Position numbers and translations under genes: made by a program. The notes beneath the pieces were generated by a model. The model worked only from the letters and a program-made list of their open reading frames with translations. It had not been told where the DNA came from and searched no databases. From Candidatus Heimdallarchaeum endolithica (GTDB lineage Archaea > Asgardarchaeota > Heimdallarchaeia > Heimdallarchaeales > Heimdallarchaeaceae): a stretch of 64,000 bases of DNA. Every line of letters begins with the position of its first letter. The first letter of the stretch is position 1. Where the stretch lies: NCBI GenBank assembly GCA_021513715.1, contig CP084167.1, forward strand, positions 1,824,001-1,888,000, read 5' to 3'. This document shows positions 57,358-64,000 of this stretch, in pieces.

Positions 57358-58764
57358 ATGAAGGGAATTGAAGACGCAGTCGAAGAGATAAAACAAATGT
57401 TTTGGGGAGTTTTAAAGGGAAGTTATAATCCTGAGGAAGAAGAAGATGTAAAAGTAAGACTTATTACTGCATTATCAAGTTTAACTGCATTTGCAAAATC
57501 ATTTTTGCCAGAGGAACAACAGCAAGAGTATGAAGAACAATTTTCTCAAGCGCGTAGTATTTTACAACGATTTGATTCTGCAGGCCCCTGGTTCAGAGAA
57601 CTCCCAGAGATGATAGACGCTGTCTATAATATTCTTACTTATGCAAATGTTCTGCAAATCGAAGTACAACGATATAAAGACCTTAATAATGATGCATTAC
57701 AATACTATAACATAAAACTTGAAAAAATGGAAATGAAACTAAACTCACTTGAAAATGAACTTAGAAAAATAAAAACTTACATTAAGGAGAAAAGTACTAA
57801 AGAAGAACTAAAAGAAAGTGAAACAACTGAAGAAGAAAAAGAAGAAAAACTTCTTCAAACTCAAGATACTTCAGAGAAAGAAATTATAATTCAAGCAGAG
57901 GAGGAAGTAAAAGAAGAATCAAAGCTTTTACAAACTGAAGAAGCTATTAGAATTGAAGAGCCAGAAACAACTAAAGAAATTTCAATCTCTGAATTAGAGG
58001 AGGTACCAACTGAAAAAATCAGTACTACCCCCAGCAATATTTCTGAAGAAGACATCAATTTAATTGAAGGAATTGAACTTGCGTCAAAACTTGAAGAAGA
58101 CCACATTCCTATAAAAGAAAGTTTGGAAACAGAGAGTGAAAGCTTACAAAAACTTGCAAACTTACTTCAAGCTCTTGATCCTGGAGACGATTTAGTCTTA
58201 TCTCCACTAACCCAAAAGCTATTAAAGCTAAGCGTTGATGAGGAAAAAACAGAGATAATTGAAGAAAAAAGGCATGAATTACAAATTGACACCCAAGAAC
58301 AAGTTGGTACAGAATTAGAAACAGTTTCAGAGACAACAGATGTCAGTGTTCCTTCATCAGTAGATAGATTGAGTGACATCTTAGCATCTCCAGATAAAGT
58401 ACAAGATGCAGCAACATTTATCTCAGCCATTCGAGACACAATTGAACAAGTAGCAAAACAAACAGATGATGATTCAACATCTACTCCATTAACAAGAATA
58501 ATTGAAGCAGAAACTGGTCAAACTGATGAAACTCCCCTAAGTATCACAGATATCGAAAATATAATTAGTCATTTAGAAAATAAGAGAGAAAATGCAATAG
58601 AACGAGTTAAAAAACTCGAAAAAATAATAGCAACAGAAAAGATGGATGAAGCAGAATGGCAAGATTTAATGATAAATGCACAGCAACACCTCCTACGAAT
58701 AGAAGATACCCTCGATGGCTATAAGAGGGTATTAAATAAGCTAAGAATGCAATTAGAAAAATGA
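57358..58764 (+). CDS. Acidic coiled-coil hypothetical protein
   Basis: 468 aa; Glu/Thr-rich central region with helical termini. Confidence 0.75.
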   Translation: MKGIEDAVEEIKQMFWGVLKGSYNPEEEEDVKVRLITALSSLTAFAKSFLPEEQQQEYEEQFSQARSILQRFDSAGPWFRELPEMIDAVYNILTYANVLQIEVQRYKDLNNDALQYYNIKLEKMEMKLNSLENELRKIKTYIKEKSTKEELKESETTEEEKEEKLLQTQDTSEKEIIIQAEEEVKEESKLLQTEEAIRIEEPETTKEISISELEEVPTEKISTTPSNISEEDINLIEGIELASKLEEDHIPIKESLETESESLQKLANLLQALDPGDDLVLSPLTQKLLKLSVDEEKTEIIEEKRHELQIDTQEQVGTELETVSETTDVSVPSSVDRLSDILASPDKVQDAATFISAIRDTIEQVAKQTDDDSTSTPLTRIIEAETGQTDETPLSITDIENIISHLENKRENAIERVKKLEKIIATEKMDEAEWQDLMINAQQHLLRIEDTLDGYKRVLNKLRMQLEK

Positions 58765-59192
58765 GAAAAATGGTTAATTTTGTTCACTTTTATTTTGGAG
58801 ATGCCGATGAAACATTTTTTACGGGAATAGGAACAGTAATTAGAGCTTTGGGGCATGGAAAGAAGGTTAATATTATTTTAACTGATGAAAAATTCAAATG
58901 GGTAGAAAAAATACCTAAGGAAAAAAATAATCTAAGAATCTTTAAGGTAAAATGTAAGAACGACATTCATTTATTGGGAAAAAGATCAAAGTTCGAAGAT
59001 TTAATACTAATTTCAAATATTGATGTTCTTATTCAAAAAAAATGGATTACAGTTGAGTATTTAATAGATATTGTGTTAAAACTAAAAGAAAAAAGTGAAG
59101 TGATCATCACAAGTTTTTCTTTCCACAAAGCACTAGCAGATATTGCAGACTATTGCTCTCATTTTCAAAAAAGGAACAATATCCAAATTTAG
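58761..59192 (+). CDS. Degenerate CobA/BtuR paralog lacking the P-loop
   Basis: HFYFGDADET..GIG..IRALGHGKKV, EVIIT, ADY; GKGKT absent. Confidence 0.65.
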   Translation: MRKMVNFVHFYFGDADETFFTGIGTVIRALGHGKKVNIILTDEKFKWVEKIPKEKNNLRIFKVKCKNDIHLLGKRSKFEDLILISNIDVLIQKKWITVEYLIDIVLKLKEKSEVIITSFSFHKALADIADYCSHFQKRNNIQI

Positions 59193-59360
59193 CAGTAATT
59201 TTTCAGAGATAGAACAGTATTTAGAACACCAAATATATTTTTGATTTTCTTTCATTGATCTTTTCCTAAAACATAAAGGTTTTTTCTTTATTATTACCCC
59301 CAGTTCATATTTTTTAATGCCTTAGATAGTTTTTTATAGTCTTATTAAAAAAAATTAGTT

Positions 59361-59795
59361 ATGCAATTTAGAATTGATTCTTCTAGAGGATTACATTTTA
59401 TAAAACTAGAACCAGGAGAAGATATTCTTCCTGAACTTAAGAAATATTGTCAAAAACATAATATAAAATCTGGATATATTCAAGGAATTGGAGCAGTTAA
59501 AGAGGTAACTCTTGGTTATTTTGATATAGAAAAGAAACAATATTTACGAAACAATATAAGAATCAATGCAGAAATGTTAAGTTGTTTAGGAAATATTTCT
59601 AAGAACAAAAATACTGGAGAATACATTATCCATTGTCATATCATTTTAGGCGATAATGATTTTAGAGTTATTGGGGGACATCTCTTTGAAAATACAATAA
59701 TTTCTGTTACTGGAGAATTTGTCATTACAGAATCAAAAGAGGAAATTTATCGTTCTCTTGATGATAAATTTAATCTTTCACTTCTTAAACTATAA
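59361..59795 (+). CDS. PPC/DUF296 domain DNA-binding protein
   Basis: LEPGED, GIGAV, LGNIS, HCH, GGHL. Confidence 0.9.
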   Translation: MQFRIDSSRGLHFIKLEPGEDILPELKKYCQKHNIKSGYIQGIGAVKEVTLGYFDIEKKQYLRNNIRINAEMLSCLGNISKNKNTGEYIIHCHIILGDNDFRVIGGHLFENTIISVTGEFVITESKEEIYRSLDDKFNLSLLKL

Positions 59796-59830
59796 AAAAA
59801 TGAACAATGTTCAAGATTTATTTTTTGATT

Positions 59831-60781
59831 TTATAACTCTAGATTGATAACTTTATGCTTTTCTATACTTTTCATGGCTAAAACGGCAATATTTAGGGCT
59901 TTAATACCATCGTCAGAACTAACTGGCGGAGTTTTATCATATAAGCATGCAGAGACAAATGCATTTAATTCAGCACTTAAAGGTTCTTTCCAAGGGATTT
60001 TACGTTTTTTAATGAATTCTCCATCTTCAACAATAAATTCTTGACTCATAAAGTCTGCTTCAACGATGCCATGTTCACATGTCAACATTAATTTTCTAAA
60101 TTTGTGTGGTGTTAAGTAATTACTTTCAATAAATCCTGTAACCCCATCACCAAAATCAAGCAGTATTTCTGCATAATCGTAATATTTGTGACGTAATTTA
60201 CCTCCACGAGTGTAAACAGCAACAGGGTCTTTTCCAACCATAAATCTAAAACCATCTATATCATGAATACTAACATCACGTACAACATCAACATCCTTCA
60301 GTCTATCTGGCCAATAAGGCCCTAGTCTCCTAGCACTAAGTAAAACAACGTCACCTAGTTCCTTATTTTCAATTAATTGTCTTGATCTTTGTGTAACAGG
60401 ATTGAAGCGTTCAATAAACCCAACACCTACTTTCTTTCCACTTTTTTTCTCTACATCAATTACTTTTTTGGCTTCTTCAACTGTGCTAGTCATTGGTTTT
60501 TCAATGAAAACATGCTTTCCAGCTTCAAGAGCTTTTATTGCTAATTCAGCGTGTGTTGTTGTAGGAGACGCAATTGATACCATTTCAACTTCTTCATTTT
60601 TTAACAAAGAATCTAAATCCGAAAATGCATTGATCTTATGCTGCTTAGCTAATATTCTTGCTCGTTCTTCAGAAACATCATAAATTCCTACCAAATTAGC
60701 TTTTTCAGATTCACTATAAACTCGTACATGATTTTTTCCCCAACTCCCTGTTCCAATTACTGCAACACCTAATTTTTTCAT
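59831..60781 (-). CDS. Gfo/Idh/MocA oxidoreductase (UDP-GlcNAc 3-dehydrogenase-like)
   Basis: GTGSWG, PTTTH, HVFIEKP, GFIERFNP, DVSIHDID. Confidence 0.92.
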   Translation of the reverse strand: MKKLGVAVIGTGSWGKNHVRVYSESEKANLVGIYDVSEERARILAKQHKINAFSDLDSLLKNEEVEMVSIASPTTTHAELAIKALEAGKHVFIEKPMTSTVEEAKKVIDVEKKSGKKVGVGFIERFNPVTQRSRQLIENKELGDVVLLSARRLGPYWPDRLKDVDVVRDVSIHDIDGFRFMVGKDPVAVYTRGGKLRHKYYDYAEILLDFGDGVTGFIESNYLTPHKFRKLMLTCEHGIVEADFMSQEFIVEDGEFIKKRKIPWKEPLSAELNAFVSACLYDKTPPVSSDDGIKALNIAVLAMKSIEKHKVINLEL

Positions 60782-60848
60782 AATAAACACTATTAACTTT
60801 TTTTGAGTTAAATAGAGTAAAATTATTTATAAATATTTCTTTATAGAA

Positions 60849-62065
60849 TAGTACTTCCGCAATAACTTAGACTATCTCACCTCCATACAAACTTGAGCGT
60901 AAACACCTCAAGGTGAAATAGAGCGTAACAGGTCTTGAGCGTTTCAAGAGCGGTTTGTCAGACGGGGGAGTGAAAAAAGGAGGGATAACAGAAGAGCGAA
61001 AACAGACATATAAAGCGAGACGAGAAGAGAAAAACAAAGATACAAGAACCTGACGGTGGCATTATTCGTAGTTGTAGAAACACTAATACTCTTGAGAAGA
61101 CGGTAGGACGTCTCTATACCCCACCGATGACAATAATCGTAGATCTGTTGCTCTGAAGAGATATGCCAACTGATACACACAAACCAATCTTTCCGCTTTG
61201 GGAGCCAATAAGCATGCAACATAACTTCTGTAGTTTCACCTTGTCCACTTTTCATAGTGTAAGGAACAGAAGTTATTTTACCTGTTTTAGGAAAGGTTTC
61301 CAGGTATGACCTAATCTTCTTATTTTTCCGCGCTCCAATGACGAAAGGAATAGTGTAGGCTTGTAGTAGTTTCACTACTTCAACAGAATAAAAACCTCTA
61401 TCTGCATACAACACCTTTATGCTCTTGTTTTTAAGACTAAACTTATTGAAGAGCGATTCTAATAGTCCCTCTTTAGAATCAAAAGTTGACACGGGAAATG
61501 CACCTAAAGGAAGAGCACCATAAGATGATTTGACTGTTGACACCGTGATATATCGATAAAACCATTCATTTTTATACTGGTGAATATATTCATCTCTTCT
61601 TTTCCCATAATATCGTATGTCCATCGTGTCTACTGCTAGTATTAATGGACTCTTTATTTTCTTCTTTCTTTTCAATAGTTCCCCACACTGCTGAAATGAA
61701 GAGATGAAAACCTCTGATATGCTATTTATATCCAATTTGTTCAAGTGATAACGTATTGTATCCCCGTCTTTAGTCGAAAATTGTTCAGCTGACTGCTCGA
61801 TAGATGTTTGTTCCACCACTGCTCCCAAGACGGTCTTCTTAACTTCTTCTTTTGTTTCTCCTCTTTTCCTCTGTCCTTTGTGCGGAAAATCCATCTTTCT
61901 TATCCAGTGACAAACTTTTATACTTGTTTTCCTATCTTCTCTTGTGGGTTGAAAGCGTTTTTCTAAAAAACTTTTGACCGATTTTAATAGGTTGAAGTTA
62001 CAGTGTTTCATACTATTATTGTCGGGCTTTCAACCCATAACTTTTACTATAATTCGGAAGTACTA
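60849..62065 (-). mobile_element. ISH3-family (IS4 superfamily) insertion sequence
   Basis: IRs tagtacttccg (60849-60859)/cggaagtacta (62055-62065); 6-bp TSD atagaa at 60843-60848 and 62066-62071. Confidence 0.9.
60944..62011 (-). CDS. ISH3-family transposase
   Basis: LAVDT..YYG, ADRGFYS, Y..RWGIETSYR, VRFLY. Confidence 0.88.
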   Translation of the reverse strand: MKHCNFNLLKSVKSFLEKRFQPTREDRKTSIKVCHWIRKMDFPHKGQRKRGETKEEVKKTVLGAVVEQTSIEQSAEQFSTKDGDTIRYHLNKLDINSISEVFISSFQQCGELLKRKKKIKSPLILAVDTMDIRYYGKRRDEYIHQYKNEWFYRYITVSTVKSSYGALPLGAFPVSTFDSKEGLLESLFNKFSLKNKSIKVLYADRGFYSVEVVKLLQAYTIPFVIGARKNKKIRSYLETFPKTGKITSVPYTMKSGQGETTEVMLHAYWLPKRKDWFVCISWHISSEQQIYDYCHRWGIETSYRLLKSISVSTTTNNATVRFLYLCFSLLVSLYMSVFALLLSLLFSLPRLTNRS

Positions 62066-62102
62066 ATAGAAAAAGTTAATTCAACAAGAAGATAGGGAAT
62101 GT

Positions 62103-62831
62103 TTAATGTTTTTGTAATAAAACAAATATATTATCAGACCCAGATTTTCCGCCAAGAATAGAAATATCTACGATCTTAAAACCAGCTTTTTTTATTAACT
62201 TAATTAATTCACGGCGGGAAAAAAGATGATAATAACGCTTAGCAATTACTTTTCCTTCAGAATTTTTCCAAGGCAAGTAATAATCACCAAACCTCCAATT
62301 AGCATTAAACAATTTCTTAATTGGAAATACTGCTAAATCAAAAATCATCTTAAGGCGTGTATCTTTTTTCCATTTATACCAAACTGAAAGGATAAGAAAG
62401 CCGTTTTCATCTAATATCTTTTTTATTTCTGTAAATGTGCTAATAACATCCACTCGATTATCCAAGTGATGTACTGCAGCAATCAGCAAAACTAGATCAT
62501 ATGATTTTTCTCTAAAAGGTAAAGAAGTCATCTCTAAATTAACTAAATGATTAGCAGAGTTTGGTGATAGTACTGATTTTTCTAAAAGTTTAAAGGACAG
62601 ATCACACAATATGAATTGTTTTTTAAATTCTTGAAATAAAATTAAATTTCGCCCATTTCCTCCTCCAATATCACATATAAGTTGTATTCTAGACAAATCA
62701 ATTAAATTGAAGATTTTATGTAAATATTCTTTAAAATCTTTCCAAGGTTTACGCTTTGTTCGAGTATAATATTCACTAATTGTGGAATATGCAGACATTA
62801 GATTATCTAGATTTGATTTATTATTTGACAT
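62103..62831 (-). CDS. Class I SAM methyltransferase (Trm9/ALKBH8-like tRNA methyltransferase)
   Basis: DIGGGNGRN, IAAVHHL, SVW, PW, RYYHLF; ATG at 62831. Confidence 0.82.
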   Translation of the reverse strand: MSNNKSNLDNLMSAYSTISEYYTRTKRKPWKDFKEYLHKIFNLIDLSRIQLICDIGGGNGRNLILFQEFKKQFILCDLSFKLLEKSVLSPNSANHLVNLEMTSLPFREKSYDLVLLIAAVHHLDNRVDVISTFTEIKKILDENGFLILSVWYKWKKDTRLKMIFDLAVFPIKKLFNANWRFGDYYLPWKNSEGKVIAKRYYHLFSRRELIKLIKKAGFKIVDISILGGKSGSDNIFVLLQKH

Positions 62832-62946
62832 ATGAAGCACTGAAATCAGTAGGTTTTTCTTATAAAAAAAAGGAATCATAAGGTTTTTAATTTAATCATT
62901 CTCGTTAAAAATAACGAAATAAAATAACGGAAAGAGGATTATTAAA

Positions 62947-63573
62947 ATGGGATTTTGGTCTGACTGGTTGGATGCTATCGCGCGATGGATTTCCAGCAAT
63001 AATTGGAATCAATTACCGCAATCCGTGCTATTTATCACACTTACTAGTATTTCTATTTCAGCGTTTTCTGCAATAATTACAAAATTGTTAATTGATACAG
63101 AATCACTTAACGAAGACATGCAAAAAATAAACAAATGGAATCAAAAAAGAAAAATGGCAATGGAAAGAGCAGACAAAAAATTATGGTTAAGCGTCAAACG
63201 AGAGGAAGATGCAATAAAACGTTTACAACAGAGTATGATGATGAAAAGAATGAAACCAATGTTAGTTACATTTATTCCATTCATGGTTATCTTTGCAATC
63301 CTAAGAAGAGCTTTTAATGGTCACTATTATGCGTGGATACCATTCAATATGGGTAAATTTCCATGGATTGGTAAGACACCATGGAGTGAACAAGTAACTT
63401 ATGATGGACATGTTTATTCAAAAATCAGTTTTACATTCTGGTATTTTCTATCTAGTTTCGCATTTGGTTCACTAATATCTCGTATATTAGGAACAAACCC
63501 TCAAGGAGCGGTAAGCACAGATAGTAAGAAAAAGTCGAAAACAACTAAAAAAACGGTTAAGAAAAATAAATAA
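62947..63573 (+). CDS. EMC3/TMCO1 (DUF106, Oxa1-superfamily) membrane insertase
   Basis: TM1, coiled-coil, MKPMLVTFIP, FWYFLSSF; upstream of eL34. Confidence 0.88.
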   Translation: MGFWSDWLDAIARWISSNNWNQLPQSVLFITLTSISISAFSAIITKLLIDTESLNEDMQKINKWNQKRKMAMERADKKLWLSVKREEDAIKRLQQSMMMKRMKPMLVTFIPFMVIFAILRRAFNGHYYAWIPFNMGKFPWIGKTPWSEQVTYDGHVYSKISFTFWYFLSSFAFGSLISRILGTNPQGAVSTDSKKKSKTTKKTVKKNK

Positions 63574-63712
63574 GCAAGAATTTCTTGTTTATTTATAAAA
63601 CTAATCTTTCCACTGACAAACTTAACAATTGATTTTGTCATCAAAATATATATTTAAAAATAATCTTCTTTCCATGGAAGTATAGTATTCAGAAATAAAA
63701 AGAGGATTTTCA

Positions 63713-63970
63713 ATGAGACCTAATTTGAGAGTTAGTAAAAAACGCATAGTTCGAACCCCTGGTGGTGTTCGCGTTAAGAGATTAAAGAAAAAAACAAGTA
63801 AAGCTCATTGCGGAGAATGCGGTGCTGTTCTAAGTGGAGTTGCTTTTGGCAATCAGAGTGAAGTTAGAAAACTTCCCAGGTCCAGGAGATTACCTTCAAG
63901 AGTTCATGCTGGTTATCTTTGTCCTGAGTGTTTAAAGAAAAAGATTAAAGCAAAAGTTAGAAGCATATAG
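63713..63970 (+). CDS. rpl34e: 50S ribosomal protein eL34
   Basis: RTPGG, CGECG..L.GV, SRR.PSR...GYLCPEC. Confidence 0.95.
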   Translation: MRPNLRVSKKRIVRTPGGVRVKRLKKKTSKAHCGECGAVLSGVAFGNQSEVRKLPRSRRLPSRVHAGYLCPECLKKKIKAKVRSI

Positions 63971-64000
63971 CTGATTTAATAATTAGGTGTAACCTTTGCC

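Noticed and set aside
60892-60953. Four gagcg-containing short repeats near the ISH3 end
   Set aside because: Irregular spacing and short length; possibly transposase-binding sites but not supportable
592-63317. Numerous short ORFs antisense to or overlapping recognised genes (e.g. 592-900, 20269-20616, 23912-24283, 35970-36359)
   Set aside because: Shadow ORFs of well-supported genes, with no motifs

Overview
AT-rich archaeal chromosomal segment, most consistent with an Asgard archaeon (Heimdallarchaeia-like; an inference from gene content). It carries archaeal informational genes (ileS, uS15, eS1, eS6, eS24, eS31, uS13-uS4-uS11, eL34, aIF2-gamma, RpoE'/Spt4, TFB, RadA, Pop5/Rpp30, Pcc1). 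It also carries eukaryotic-signature-type genes (two Rab-like small GTPases, roadblock/LC7, ubiquitin E2, a gelsolin-like protein, EMC3/TMCO1, WD40), a preQ0/archaeosine cluster (queE, folE2/mptA, queD, queC) and housekeeping enzymes. Three insertion sequences have readable inverted repeats and target duplications: an IS481 with a nonsense-broken transposase, an IS5-like element and an ISH3-like element. There is also a decayed tnpB/IS200-IS605 right-end relic and an amidohydrolase gene broken by a nonsense codon, a 787-bp internal inversion and a repeat-spacer-repeat insertion. The most interesting unannotated signals are non-coding: (1) a ~240-nt stand-alone structured RNA candidate with a tRNA-like domain and a pseudoknot (16.35-16.59 kb); (2) a C/D box guide RNA predicted to methylate the 23S P-loop G2251; (3) a second C/D-like RNA; and (4) structured leaders ahead of ileS and the uS13 operon. 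A roadblock / P-loop-dead KaiC-like / coiled-coil / Rab GTPase gene cluster is a candidate signalling module. All calls come from reading motifs by eye; no searches were run.
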